Of a DNA stretch of 57,853 nt, positions 38,939-49,131 are shown piece by piece (within the stretch, counting starts at the first letter, position 1; every line of letters starts with the position of its first letter). The stretch spans positions 1 to 57,853 of the forward strand of contig CAYOSW010000006.1 of assembly GCA_964406775.1 (NCBI GenBank), read 5' to 3'. The position numbers and the translations under genes were made by a program. The notes beneath the pieces were generated by a model, which was given only the letters and a program-made list of their open reading frames with translations, was not told the DNA's origin and did no database searches. The DNA is from an uncultured Gammaproteobacteria bacterium (GTDB lineage Bacteria; Patescibacteriota; Microgenomatia; Daviesbacterales; UBA10151).

Positions 38939-39098
38939 AATTTCAGTATATAAAACGGCCTTCAGGTAATACAACAGTATCAAACCGGAACGTATTCCAT
39001 TCGCACAGAATTTAAACAAATATAAGGTTAAATTCTAAGGTTGGGACTGCCTAGTATTATTTTGGAGATACAGGACATAAAAGGTATAATTAAAATTT

Positions 39099-41324
39099 AT
39101 GAAGCAAATTATTGCCGCCGTGCTAATAATTGTCGCTATCATAAGCCTGATTGTTATCGCCTTTACAGTTAACCAAGTCAGTTATGAGCAGCAAAGACTT
39201 CAATCCGATCTTCAATACCGTTCTACCCTTCTGGCTGACAGTTTAAAAGAAACGATTGAGCCTAACTTCATCAATAAATCCGATGACTATCTTCAAAGTG
39301 TTGTTGAACGGTTTACAAGTAAGGAGCGATTTGCAGGGCTAGGTATTTATGATAATAAAAACCAGATAATAGCTCTCTCTTCAACCCTTCCCGAATCGAC
39401 GTCTGCAGCTTCTGAAATAGTAGCTAATGCAATGGATGAAGATAAGCCAAGTGGAGATTTCGCCTCACTAGATAATAAAAAAATTTATCTCCTTGCAGTT
39501 CCTTTACATAATAACAAAAGTGTTGTCGGGGCTATGCTTATTGCCCAAAATGCAAATTACATTGATGACCGACTGTTTGAAATTTGGCGAAATAATCTGA
39601 TCCGTCTTTTGATCCAGGCATCACTTTTATCTTTGGCTACGATATTACTAATCAGGTGGATTATTTATGAGCCTATTAAAGGACTTGTAGATAACATCAA
39701 GTTAGCCCGTATGGGTCAAGCCGGTAAAAATCCTAAAAATCTAGCCGGATCATTTTTCTTCCGTCCGTTGATTAAAGAAATTTCCAATATGCGCGATAGT
39801 CTTATGGAAGCAAGGGGGTCTGCCAGCGAGGAAGCCAGGTTGAGACTCGAGAAACTAGATTCTCCTTGGACCTCGCAAAGATTGAAGGAATTTATTAAAG
39901 ATATCTTAAAAGGCAGGCAAATATTTATGGTCTCCAACCGAGAGCCATATATTCATACAAAGAACGGGGGTAAAATTACTTACTATTTTCCCGCCAGTGG
40001 AATGGCAACTGCGATCGAGCCTGTTATGCAGGCCTGCGGCGGTACTTGGATAGCTCACGGTAGCGGAGATGCTGATAAATTAGTCGTTGATAAGAATGAC
40101 CGGATAAGCGTTCCGCCTGATGAGCCTAAATATACTTTAAAACGGGTCTGGCTTACACCGGAGGAAGAAAATGGTTATTATTACGGATTCTCCAATGAAG
40201 GTTTATGGCCGTTATGCCACATAGCCCACAACAGGCCGATCTTTAAAAAAGAGGATTGGGTTGAGTATCAAAGAGTAAACCGCAAATTTGCCGAGGCTGT
40301 ATTAGCTGAAACAAAAAATCAGGACAGGCCAATTGTTTTGATTCAGGATTTCCATCTTAGCTTAGTTCCGAGGATGGTTAAGGAGAAAAAACCCGGCGCA
40401 GTTGTTGGAATATTTTGGCATATCCCCTGGCCTAATCCCGAATCATTCAGCATTTGCCCCTGGAAAAAAGAGATTTTAGACGGAATTCTCGGTGCTGACC
40501 TCATAGGGTTCCATACTCAACTCCACTGTAATAATTTTATAGAAACAGTAGGCCGCGAATTAGAATCCTTGATTGATTTTGAACGATTTACCATAACCCG
40601 TAACAATCATAGCTCTTATATCAAGCCCTTCCCTATTAGTATTTCCTTCCCAAACGGCAATAAAAACTCTCCTGAACCTAATGAGAAAGCCGATCTGATG
40701 AAGGATTTGGGTATTAAAAGCAAATATATCGGCTTAGGTGTTGAGCGGCTTGATTATACGAAAGGAATTTTAGAACGTTTTAAATCAATTGAGATATTCT
40801 TAACAAAATATCCAACCTACCGCGAAAACTTCACCTTCGTCCAGATTGCTGCGCCTAGCCGAACTAAAGTTAAAAAATACCGTGATTTTGCGGTTGAAGT
40901 CAGGGATGAGGCAAAGAGAATTAATCAATTATTTGAAACTGATAAATGGAAACCAATCTTACTTCTGGAAAAACATCACAATCATGAAGAAATCCAGAAG
41001 TTCTTCAGGTCAGCCGATTTCTGTATGGTTTCGTCACTCCACGATGGAATGAATTTAGTAGCTAAGGAATTTGCTGCCGCCCGGGATGATGAAAAAGGGG
41101 TTCTAATTTTAAGCCAATTCACTGGTGCCTCAAGAGACCTAAAAAGCGCTTTAATTGTCAACCCTTATAACGGTGAACAATCGGCTGATGCCATTAAAGA
41201 AGCTCTAGAGATGCCGCTTAGAGAGCAAACTAAAAGGATGCACGAGATGAGAGAAAATATTAAAAACTACAATGTATATAGGTGGTCTGCCGAACTTCTT
41301 AAAACAATAGTTGGTTTGGGTTAG
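39099..41324 (+). CDS. otsA: Trehalose-6-phosphate synthase (GT20) fused to an N-terminal TM-periplasmic sensor-TM-HAMP-like module
   Basis: [49 protein letters not shown]; first ~250 aa have two TMs flanking a ~140-aa loop. Confidence 0.9.
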   Translation: MKQIIAAVLIIVAIISLIVIAFTVNQVSYEQQRLQSDLQYRSTLLADSLKETIEPNFINKSDDYLQSVVERFTSKERFAGLGIYDNKNQIIALSSTLPESTSAASEIVANAMDEDKPSGDFASLDNKKIYLLAVPLHNNKSVVGAMLIAQNANYIDDRLFEIWRNNLIRLLIQASLLSLATILLIRWIIYEPIKGLVDNIKLARMGQAGKNPKNLAGSFFFRPLIKEISNMRDSLMEARGSASEEARLRLEKLDSPWTSQRLKEFIKDILKGRQIFMVSNREPYIHTKNGGKITYYFPASGMATAIEPVMQACGGTWIAHGSGDADKLVVDKNDRISVPPDEPKYTLKRVWLTPEEENGYYYGFSNEGLWPLCHIAHNRPIFKKEDWVEYQRVNRKFAEAVLAETKNQDRPIVLIQDFHLSLVPRMVKEKKPGAVVGIFWHIPWPNPESFSICPWKKEILDGILGADLIGFHTQLHCNNFIETVGRELESLIDFERFTITRNNHSSYIKPFPISISFPNGNKNSPEPNEKADLMKDLGIKSKYIGLGVERLDYTKGILERFKSIEIFLTKYPTYRENFTFVQIAAPSRTKVKKYRDFAVEVRDEAKRINQLFETDKWKPILLLEKHHNHEEIQKFFRSADFCMVSSLHDGMNLVAKEFAAARDDEKGVLILSQFTGASRDLKSALIVNPYNGEQSADAIKEALEMPLREQTKRMHEMRENIKNYNVYRWSAELLKTIVGLG

Positions 41325-41339
41325 TATGAAAGATTCCCT

Positions 41340-42554
41340 ATGACAAATGACCTAAAAAAAACAATAAGTAACTTAATGCTTTCCAACAGAAGACACAAGG
41401 AAAGGTATTTTTACACTGTTCCTTCTCCTGAATCGTACCCATATCAGTGGCTCTGGGATTCCTGTTTTCATTCGATAATTCTTTCCCACTTTGATATGAG
41501 TTCCGCGAAGCGAGAACTTCTATCCTTATTTGTCAGGCAATTTGAAAACGGTATGATCCCGCATATGATTTATTGGCAGAAAAAAACCGCAAGCGATTTT
41601 CCTGTCATCGAGTGGGGCAAGGAAGATACAAGTTCTATCACTCAACCACCTATGCTTGCCTACTCTGTTTGGCAAATTTACCAAAAAGATAAGAGTAAAA
41701 AATTTTTAGATCAACTTTATCCGAATTTAACTAAATTTTACCGATATTTTTTAGAATACCGCGATTTTAGAGGAAACAATCTAATCAGTATTATTAATCC
41801 CGATGAATCAGGTGAGGACAACTCCCCTAGGTTCGATGTTGTTCTTGGACTTCCCCCAAAACACAATTTAAAGGAGAATTTTAAGAAGCGTCTTGAGTTA
41901 ATTCAGAGAAACCGCGAGTGCAAATTTAATGCCCGAACTTGTATGAAAAACTTCTTTTGGGTTAAGGATGTTCCGTTTAACTCTATCTTAGTAGAGAACC
42001 TAAAATGCCTCTCGGATATAGCATCCGCCTTGGGTAAACACGAAGATGCAGATTTATTTTTTGATCAAAGTAAATTAATTTCTGCAGCAATGAGAAAACA
42101 TATGTTAGAGGACGGGGTATTCTGGTCACTTCATTCCAAAATGGATATTGTTGGAGAAAAAATCAACTACAAAAAAATTAAAACAAAAACCTGGGCAATT
42201 TTTGCTCCTCTTTTTGCTAAACTCTATACTAAATCCGAAGCTAATAAGATTATAAAAAAGTATTTACAAAATGAAAAAGAATTTAACGCGCCGTTTTTAG
42301 TCCCGACAGTATCACGCTCGGAAGAATCCTTTAACCCTGACGGTTTTTGGCGGGGGCCCGTTTGGATGGCAACAAACTGGTTTATCTATAAAGGATTACA
42401 AAAGTACGGATATGAAACATTGGCCGAAAAAATTAAGCGGTCAAGTCTTAATCTAGTAATAAAAAGCGGTTTTCGGGAACAGTACAATCCTTTAACCGGA
42501 GAGGGATACGGGGCAAAAAATTTTACTTGGGGTGGTTTGGTAATTGATATGTAG
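41340..42554 (+). CDS. GH63-like (alpha/alpha)6 glycoside hydrolase (MGH1 / trehalase-like)
   Basis: YPYQWLWDS, GMIPH, ITQPP, ESGEDNSPRFD, FWRGPVW, FREQYNP..G.G. Confidence 0.85.
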   Translation: MTNDLKKTISNLMLSNRRHKERYFYTVPSPESYPYQWLWDSCFHSIILSHFDMSSAKRELLSLFVRQFENGMIPHMIYWQKKTASDFPVIEWGKEDTSSITQPPMLAYSVWQIYQKDKSKKFLDQLYPNLTKFYRYFLEYRDFRGNNLISIINPDESGEDNSPRFDVVLGLPPKHNLKENFKKRLELIQRNRECKFNARTCMKNFFWVKDVPFNSILVENLKCLSDIASALGKHEDADLFFDQSKLISAAMRKHMLEDGVFWSLHSKMDIVGEKINYKKIKTKTWAIFAPLFAKLYTKSEANKIIKKYLQNEKEFNAPFLVPTVSRSEESFNPDGFWRGPVWMATNWFIYKGLQKYGYETLAEKIKRSSLNLVIKSGFREQYNPLTGEGYGAKNFTWGGLVIDM

Positions 42555-42558
42555 AATT

Positions 42559-43389
42559 ATGCTTAATTTTTGGGGAAATAAAGAAAATTTAGAAGGTCTT
42601 CTTAAAAAAAATAAAACAACTCTTTTGTTTCTGGATTTTGATGGCACTTTAGCGCCGTTTGCACCCATACCGACAAGTGCCAGTCTGCCGAGAAAAACGG
42701 GATTAGTGTTAGAAAAGCTGGTAAAAATCAGGTCATTATCAATTATCATAATTAGCGGCAGAACCCTGAACGACTTAAAAGACAAAATTAATCTAACCGG
42801 ACTTAATTATTCTGGAAGCCACGGGTCGGAATGGGTTATCAACAAAGAAAGTTTTAGTGCAGAAATATCATCAGAAACAACCCAAATTCTTCAAGATATC
42901 AAGCGGGATATGGAATTAATCTGTACTGAGTTTGAAGGTGCTTTAGTTGAAAGGAAAATTTTTTCTGTTGTAGCCCATTATAGACGAGTTAGACAAGACA
43001 GAAAAAAAGACTTAAAGTGGGCGTTGCAAAATACAATGGCAAAATATTTGGATACCGGTCTTGTTTCTTTAATTTGGGATAAAGAGGCATATGAATTACG
43101 CACAGAAACCGGCTGGACAAAAGGTGTGCTTGCTAAGAAATTACTACCAAACGGGGAGGAATGTATTTTTATAGGAGATAGCGAAACCGACGAGGAAGCT
43201 TTTAGACAACTGCCTGATTCTCTAACCATCAGAGTCGGCTTTTCAGAAAACTCTTCGGCAAAATACTTTTTAAGGGATGTTCAGGATGTCCATAAATTTT
43301 TAATCTGGCTACTGAGCGCCTATCAGTCAAAAAAACTTTTAAAAGGATCCGGCAGCAATAATAATCAGAAATATCCCAATAGTATTTAG
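42559..43389 (+). CDS. otsB: Trehalose-6-phosphate phosphatase (HAD IIB)
   Basis: LFLDFDGTLAP, ISGR, GSHG.E, KG, IGDSETDEEAF. Confidence 0.9.
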   Translation: MLNFWGNKENLEGLLKKNKTTLLFLDFDGTLAPFAPIPTSASLPRKTGLVLEKLVKIRSLSIIIISGRTLNDLKDKINLTGLNYSGSHGSEWVINKESFSAEISSETTQILQDIKRDMELICTEFEGALVERKIFSVVAHYRRVRQDRKKDLKWALQNTMAKYLDTGLVSLIWDKEAYELRTETGWTKGVLAKKLLPNGEECIFIGDSETDEEAFRQLPDSLTIRVGFSENSSAKYFLRDVQDVHKFLIWLLSAYQSKKLLKGSGSNNNQKYPNSI

Positions 43390-43914
43390 AAGGAAGGTCA
43401 AGCTTAAAAACTGCCAATTTTTCAATTTTGAAGCTCCTAATAGACCTATGCCAACTTCATCCGGAAATGGTGAAGCAATAATAAATGCCCCAAATAAAGG
43501 CAAAAACCAGGCAAAATAGGGAGTCTTAAATAACTTGACCAAAACACTCCCTCCGTTACTTAAGAATAACGGTTTAAGCTCATCGAAGACTCTGTCCCGT
43601 AAAAACCTAAATATTAAGTAATCTCCTATAACTGCTCCCGCACCTGCGCATATTGCAACTAATAATGGGTTTAAAGTTTCTGCCAAAAAGAAGAGAACTA
43701 CTGCCGCCGGAGCAACCGTAAAAATGGAAACAAACAGGATACCAGAAATAAATGCTCCAATATAACCAAAACCATTTATCAAAGAAATTGTATTTTTAAC
43801 AATGGGATGTTCTGCAAACCAAAAGAAAAGAGCCAAACTTAAAATTAGCAGTGCTGTGTTTTTGTAATTCCAATGCCTCCACTTCTTAGTAATTTGTTTA
43901 GCCAACTCATCCAT
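43339..43914 (-). CDS. DedA/VTT-like membrane protein
   Basis: FTVAPA, GAVIGDYLIFRF, IIASPFPDE. Confidence 0.7.
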   Translation of the reverse strand: MDELAKQITKKWRHWNYKNTALLILSLALFFWFAEHPIVKNTISLINGFGYIGAFISGILFVSIFTVAPAAVVLFFLAETLNPLLVAICAGAGAVIGDYLIFRFLRDRVFDELKPLFLSNGGSVLVKLFKTPYFAWFLPLFGAFIIASPFPDEVGIGLLGASKLKNWQFLSLTFLLNTIGIFLIIIAAGSF

Positions 43915-44034
43915 TATTTAATGCTAACATACTATGAAAGCCATTTCAGATTATTACAGACTTTATGTACTTATGGTTTTAAATATGCGATTTTCAGCAA
44001 TAAACTACAGATGAAAATCAAGTAAGATTAAAAT

Positions 44035-45516
44035 ATGCTTAACCGAAAATATTTAGTCATACTTTTTCTAATCGGGATTGTTTTAATTTCTTCACTTTTT
44101 TGGAGATTTGTAAACTACGGTGAGCGTTGGACTTTAAGCCAGGATCAGGCAAGAGACGGAATAATCGGGCTTTACTCAATAAGTCACGGAGTTTTGCCCC
44201 TGGTCGGACCACCTTCTTCAGCCGGACTATTTTCTTTCGGACCCTTCTATTACTGGCTGATTATTTTGTTTACATTAATAATCCCGGCAGTTAACGGACC
44301 TTGGGTCGGTTTTACTCTTCTTTCCGTCTCGACCGCCTTAATCTTTTTTTATCTCGGATACTTAAACGGCGGAAAATCATCCGGATTTATTTACGGAATA
44401 CTGGCCGCTTTTTCAAGCGGTTTGATTTTCCATTCCCCGGATATGCTAAATCCGGTTCCGGTTTCATTTTTGACTTCCCTGTCATTTTTGTTTATCTATT
44501 TACTGAGCAGAAAAAAGAAAATCATTTATGCTTTCTGGACGGGACTAATTTTAGGAATTGCCGTTAATTTCCACTATCAGGCTCTGGGGCTTCTTATTTT
44601 AATTCCGCTTGTTTCAATAACTAATAACTCCGATTACCTCAAAAAGTTATATGTTTTTATTTTAAGTATTCTCGGGCTTCTGGCTTCGTTTTTACCTCTG
44701 ATTTATTTTAACTTTACTCACCAGAGTGTTTTATTTAATAACTTTCTTCAGTTTTTAATGAATGGCCCGGACGGCGCGGGAAACAGCAGTAATTTAATGA
44801 GCGATTTGTTTATTTTTTGGCCTCAATTTTGGGGAGAAACTTTAATTAATATTCCCTTTTCTGGATACTTGTTTTTATTACTTTTCCTTACAGCTTTGTT
44901 TTTGAGAATTGGAAACAATAAAAGTTTTGATAAGCCGTTTTACACAATTTCATCAGCTGCTTTATTTCAAGTAATCTTCCTATTTACATATAGCGGAGTA
45001 AGGCTTCCTGTGTATTTAATTGTTTTTCAACCGTTTTTAATTTTTCTTACCGGCTGGTCTGTATCGGTTTTATTTAAAACAAATAAATATCTAGGTTTAG
45101 GAATTTTAATCCTCATAATTCTTGTTTCTATTCCCGGAAATTGGCAGATTGTAAATAACAATAAAAGCCAGGTGGCGGATATACTCTCTATGAAAAATTC
45201 ACTCGATTCAAAAATAACCGGACCAGTACGGATCTACAGCGATGAAAAATCCAGTATGGTCGCCCTCCCTCTTTATTATTTATATCTCAAGGAAAACCGC
45301 ATTTCGGATTCCGGACAGGAAATAGTAACCTGCGAAAACCGGATAATTTACGGAGGAGATGCATCGGAGTCGAGATGGAGCTGTCCTGAAAATATTCCGG
45401 TCATTACTGAACTAAAAAACTTTAAAATTTACAGGAAAAACGAAATTGGTCTGATTTCGGAAAAAGAGGTTACTGAGGAAAATATATATGCCTGGTTGTA
45501 TAGCTCTTACAAATAG
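44035..45516 (+). CDS. GT-C membrane glycosyltransferase (PMT/ArnT-like, GT39-type)
   Basis: DQARD, LVGPP, GPFYYW, multiple TMs. Confidence 0.8.
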   Translation: MLNRKYLVILFLIGIVLISSLFWRFVNYGERWTLSQDQARDGIIGLYSISHGVLPLVGPPSSAGLFSFGPFYYWLIILFTLIIPAVNGPWVGFTLLSVSTALIFFYLGYLNGGKSSGFIYGILAAFSSGLIFHSPDMLNPVPVSFLTSLSFLFIYLLSRKKKIIYAFWTGLILGIAVNFHYQALGLLILIPLVSITNNSDYLKKLYVFILSILGLLASFLPLIYFNFTHQSVLFNNFLQFLMNGPDGAGNSSNLMSDLFIFWPQFWGETLINIPFSGYLFLLLFLTALFLRIGNNKSFDKPFYTISSAALFQVIFLFTYSGVRLPVYLIVFQPFLIFLTGWSVSVLFKTNKYLGLGILILIILVSIPGNWQIVNNNKSQVADILSMKNSLDSKITGPVRIYSDEKSSMVALPLYYLYLKENRISDSGQEIVTCENRIIYGGDASESRWSCPENIPVITELKNFKIYRKNEIGLISEKEVTEENIYAWLYSSYK

Positions 45517-45518
45517 AC

Positions 45519-47009
45519 TTAATTTTTTATCGGAGCTGCGGAATGATCCATCATCATCCCGCCCATACCTTCTCGGGCAGGTAGTCCATTATGCGGGGTT
45601 GTCGAGGCACCGGGCTTAACTACTTCGACAACCTGCATCATACCGTGATCTTCGTGAAATAAAATATGACAATGGAGAACATATTTTCCGTCAAAGTCGG
45701 TGTATTTAGTGCGGATAATAACCGTACTCATAGCCGGAACGGGAAAGGTATCATCATAGCCTTTCCTGTCGACATCGATTCCATTGACGGAAATAACCTG
45801 AAAAGGATTAATGTGAATATGGAAAGGGTGCGTTTCTTTACTTTTATTAACTAGATGCCACTCTTCGGTTGAACCGAGCTCCATAACCTGACTGATAACA
45901 TTAGGGTTAAATTGCTTTCCGTCTAGCAGAAATGTCGTATTTTGAGGAGTTCCTCCTTCGGAGAAAGTTAGCGTTCTTATATTATCAATTTTAGCGTTGC
46001 GGAAGTCATCATAAGGTCTGAGCACTGTCGGGAGCGGTCTTGGCAAAACCGGTATTCCCGCAACCTTTATCTTCATAAAAGTATCCTCGGGGAAAGTGAA
46101 AAATCCCGTGTCATAAACCAATGACTTAACATCAAACTCTCCACTCCATCCGGCTTTAAATAAAATCTGAACCCGATCCCCAGGAGCCATTAATTCGGAG
46201 TCCACATCATCAACTTCGGACATCATATTTCCGTCCCGTGAGATGACGTGGAGCTTTGTTCCAGGAATCGCCAGGTTATAAAAATCATCGGATGCCGCAT
46301 TAAAGATTTCCAGTCTGACGGTCTCAAACGGACGGATATACAATACTGGATTTGACTTATTATTAACCAGTCTGACCACGGCGTCTGAGGTTGTCGGGTC
46401 ATTAGTGGTTAAAACCAGTTGCCTCTCCTCTAAACCTTTTAAAGCGGGTAATTCGTCTGTATCGCCCCGTACAATAATTGCCCCGGCCATACCTCCGTTT
46501 ACCTGATCATCGGTATAGGTGTGCATATGCGGGTGATACCAATAAAGTCCTGGAGGGGGATTTTCAGGCAGATTATATTCATAATCGAAAGATTCTCCTG
46601 GATTTACAGCAAGAAGAACATTATCTGAATTGCCTTTAGGAGAAACGTGCGAGCCGTGGAAGTGAAGATTTGTCGGCTGATCTAAATCGTTTCTCAGATG
46701 CACCTTAATCGTATCCCCGCCTTTAACAACCCAGGTATCTCCTAAATATTGACCGTTATAAACCATAGACCCTGTTGCCTCATTACCTCCGATACTGACC
46801 GGAGACTTTTTAGCATTCAAGGTAACATCCAATATCCCGTTTTTGCTTACTAATTTCTCGGGCTCAATCCACGAAGGATTGGGTTTTAAGAAACGGCTTA
46901 ACAATAATACGATAATGATTGCAGCGAATGCGATAAAAAAAGAGTTTCTATGAAAAAATACTAACCCTGATTTGTTTGAAGCTTTGTGTGAAGATTTTTT
47001 CTTGGGCAT
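45519..47009 (-). CDS. Three-domain multicopper oxidase with N-terminal membrane anchor
   Basis: TNLHFHG, YWYHPH, HPFHIH, HCHILFHEDHGM (all Cu ligands, axial Met). Confidence 0.93.
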   Translation of the reverse strand: MPKKKSSHKASNKSGLVFFHRNSFFIAFAAIIIVLLLSRFLKPNPSWIEPEKLVSKNGILDVTLNAKKSPVSIGGNEATGSMVYNGQYLGDTWVVKGGDTIKVHLRNDLDQPTNLHFHGSHVSPKGNSDNVLLAVNPGESFDYEYNLPENPPPGLYWYHPHMHTYTDDQVNGGMAGAIIVRGDTDELPALKGLEERQLVLTTNDPTTSDAVVRLVNNKSNPVLYIRPFETVRLEIFNAASDDFYNLAIPGTKLHVISRDGNMMSEVDDVDSELMAPGDRVQILFKAGWSGEFDVKSLVYDTGFFTFPEDTFMKIKVAGIPVLPRPLPTVLRPYDDFRNAKIDNIRTLTFSEGGTPQNTTFLLDGKQFNPNVISQVMELGSTEEWHLVNKSKETHPFHIHINPFQVISVNGIDVDRKGYDDTFPVPAMSTVIIRTKYTDFDGKYVLHCHILFHEDHGMMQVVEVVKPGASTTPHNGLPAREGMGGMMMDHSAAPIKN

Positions 47010-47017
47010 TAAAGAAG

Positions 47018-47206
47018 TTAATGCTTGTGCAGTTTATGGCTAAGCATATTACCGCCCCAAACGACCGCAAATACTATTAGTCCCAAAGCCACTACTCCGG
47101 ACAGGAGATATGCGACTCCTCCGCCTAAGGCTGAAGGTAAAAGGTGGTGTTTGTAGTGGGCGAAATCGGAAGATTTTGAAGAAGTTACCGATCTCTTTTT
47201 GGGCAT
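47018..47206 (-). CDS. Small His-rich membrane protein upstream of the oxidase
   Basis: TTGACA-17-CATATT-6-ATG fixes the start at 47206; HYKHH..2 TM..HKLHKH. Confidence 0.7.
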   Translation of the reverse strand: MPKKRSVTSSKSSDFAHYKHHLLPSALGGGVAYLLSGVVALGLIVFAVVWGGNMLSHKLHKH

Positions 47207-47245
47207 ACAATAAATATGAGGCATTTTAAAATCGGTGTCAATATA

Positions 47246-47623
47246 TCAGTTTTCCTCAATTAAATTGAAGTGATAATAGAGCTTACTACGTACGAATGCG
47301 CTCACTTTTTTCTCTAAATTAGCCTCAGTTATTACTGTTACTGATTCCTTTGCCGACCTTTCAACAAAATCAAACCAATCTTCCCCTTTATTCCGTTTTA
47401 CCTTCCAGGATAAAACACTTTTATCACCGTTTTTGAGCGGAATTACCCCGAAATATTTATCCCCTTCGGCAATCCAGGCTTCCCCGCCTAAAATGGCAAT
47501 ATTGCTTTGCATAAGTTCCTCAAAAAGTTTATCCAAAACCGTTCTTTTAAAAGCATAAATAAACATCGAGGGATTATAAGCCGCAGTCCGGAATCTTTCT
47601 GGAAGTTTTTCTTCAATTTGCAT
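47246..47623 (-). CDS. Hypothetical, Imm40-like immunity protein
   Basis: NIAILGGE.W and W.DFVERS patterns; TG-TATAAT-7-ATG. Confidence 0.45.
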   Translation of the reverse strand: MQIEEKLPERFRTAAYNPSMFIYAFKRTVLDKLFEELMQSNIAILGGEAWIAEGDKYFGVIPLKNGDKSVLSWKVKRNKGEDWFDFVERSAKESVTVITEANLEKKVSAFVRSKLYYHFNLIEEN

Positions 47624-47680
47624 ATGCAAAATTATACAGTTAAATTGATTATTTAGCCTTACTATAATATACTATGGGTT

Positions 47681-48256
47681 ATGAGAATTATCGAAACAGG
47701 TGCGCGATTTCCTTGGGAACCGAGTTCGTTTCCCCCAGCTTTTGAGGCAACATCGCTTGGAGATGTAAAAAACTTTACCGGCAGTGCGGTTGAGGCAATC
47801 CTGGAAGCCCGCAAACAGGCTTTAGGCAGAATGCCTGCAGCTTTACGGATGTTTTACCCGAATACTCAATCCGGCAATATTTATACCTGTTATTTTGAAG
47901 TGCCAAGCGTAAACCACCGCCCCGGACTCTCGAATACCCGCGACGAAGAAGCGATTTTGTTAAGAGATTCCCGACTTAACGGCCTCGAAGTTGGTCCGAG
48001 TACTCCCACCGAAAGACTATTATCCCCTTTTCCGGTAGACGGCATTGCTTTCCGCTGGGACAAGGCGAGACGGGAGCCTTGGAATGCGGATGTGGTCGGC
48101 TTACAGGCGGCTTATTCGGAAATAAACGGGCTTACAGAAGCAAGATATACGCTTGTTTACCTGCTTAACGATGACCTGCTATTCTTAAAATTGCCTTCTC
48201 CGGGAATTCATTTTCCCGGCCAGTCCCCGCAGCTGCACATCGGTCACCGTGCGTGA
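47681..48256 (+). CDS. Hypothetical protein
   Basis: 191-aa ORF with TTGATT-17-TATACT-7-ATG. Confidence 0.65.
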   Translation: MRIIETGARFPWEPSSFPPAFEATSLGDVKNFTGSAVEAILEARKQALGRMPAALRMFYPNTQSGNIYTCYFEVPSVNHRPGLSNTRDEEAILLRDSRLNGLEVGPSTPTERLLSPFPVDGIAFRWDKARREPWNADVVGLQAAYSEINGLTEARYTLVYLLNDDLLFLKLPSPGIHFPGQSPQLHIGHRA

Positions 48257-48267
48257 TGTAAAACACA
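48252..48267. promoter_or_regulatory. CRP-like box CGTGA-N6-ACACA at -40.5 of the EamA-cupin promoter
   Basis: TG-c-TAAAAT at 48288-93, 6 nt before the ATG; left half overlaps the upstream TGA stop. Confidence 0.45.
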
Positions 48268-48299
48268 ATTTCTTCCTTGATATTTGCTAAAATAAATCT

Positions 48300-48722
48300 A
48301 TGAGTTGGCTCACATTCGCTCTACTTTCCGCGTTTTTTGCATCACTTACAGCGATTTTGGCTAAAGTCGGAATCAAGGATATTAATTCCAATCTGGCAAC
48401 TGCAATAAGAACCATAGTCATTTTAATATTTGCCTGGGGAATCGTTTTCTTTCAAGGAACACACAAGCAACTGAGTTCAATTTCCAATTTTTCTTTGACT
48501 TTTCTTGTCTTATCGGGAATCGCGACCGGACTGTCCTGGCTTTTTTATTTCCGGGCACTTCAGCTCGGCCAAGCTTCGCAAGTTGCTCCGATTGATAAGC
48601 TTTCGTTGGCTCTAACGGTCATACTCGCCGTCATTTTTCTGGGTGAGAAAGTAAATACTTCTCTCGTTATCGGAGTTATTTTTATGACGATCGGCACTTT
48701 TTTAATTGCCTTCGGGAAATGA
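48300..48722 (+). CDS. Single-repeat EamA-family membrane protein
   Basis: SAFFASLTAILAKVG, SQVAPIDKLS. Confidence 0.9.
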   Translation: MSWLTFALLSAFFASLTAILAKVGIKDINSNLATAIRTIVILIFAWGIVFFQGTHKQLSSISNFSLTFLVLSGIATGLSWLFYFRALQLGQASQVAPIDKLSLALTVILAVIFLGEKVNTSLVIGVIFMTIGTFLIAFGK

Positions 48723-48732
48723 GGTGATTTAA

Positions 48733-49116
48733 TTGACAGGATTTATCGGAAATATCGAAAAGTTAACGGCAGAGAATAATAATTTCAGACAGGTGCTTTA
48801 TACAAGCCAGCATACTCAGCTGGTTGTTATGAGTATTGAACCCGGGGGAGAAATCGGAACGGAGATTCACGAAATCGTTGATCAGTTTTTAAGAATCGAA
48901 TCGGGAGAAGGTAAAGTCATTATGAACGGCGAAGAGACTTCCATAAAGGACGGAGACGCTATTGTTGTGCCGGCAGGTGTTCAGCATAACTTTATCAATA
49001 CTTCCCAAACCGAACCTTTAAAACTTTACACGCTTTACAGTCCACCTCATCACAAGGACGGAACGGTTCATAAAACCAAAGCGGAAGCCGAAGCTGACAC
49101 GGAAGACCATATATAA
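48733..49116 (+). CDS. Cupin domain protein (mannose-6-P isomerase-like)
   Basis: IGTEIH..DQFLRIESG.G, VPAGVQHN, PPHH. Confidence 0.9.
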   Translation: MTGFIGNIEKLTAENNNFRQVLYTSQHTQLVVMSIEPGGEIGTEIHEIVDQFLRIESGEGKVIMNGEETSIKDGDAIVVPAGVQHNFINTSQTEPLKLYTLYSPPHHKDGTVHKTKAEAEADTEDHI

Positions 49117-49131
49117 AGAAGTTATCTCCGG

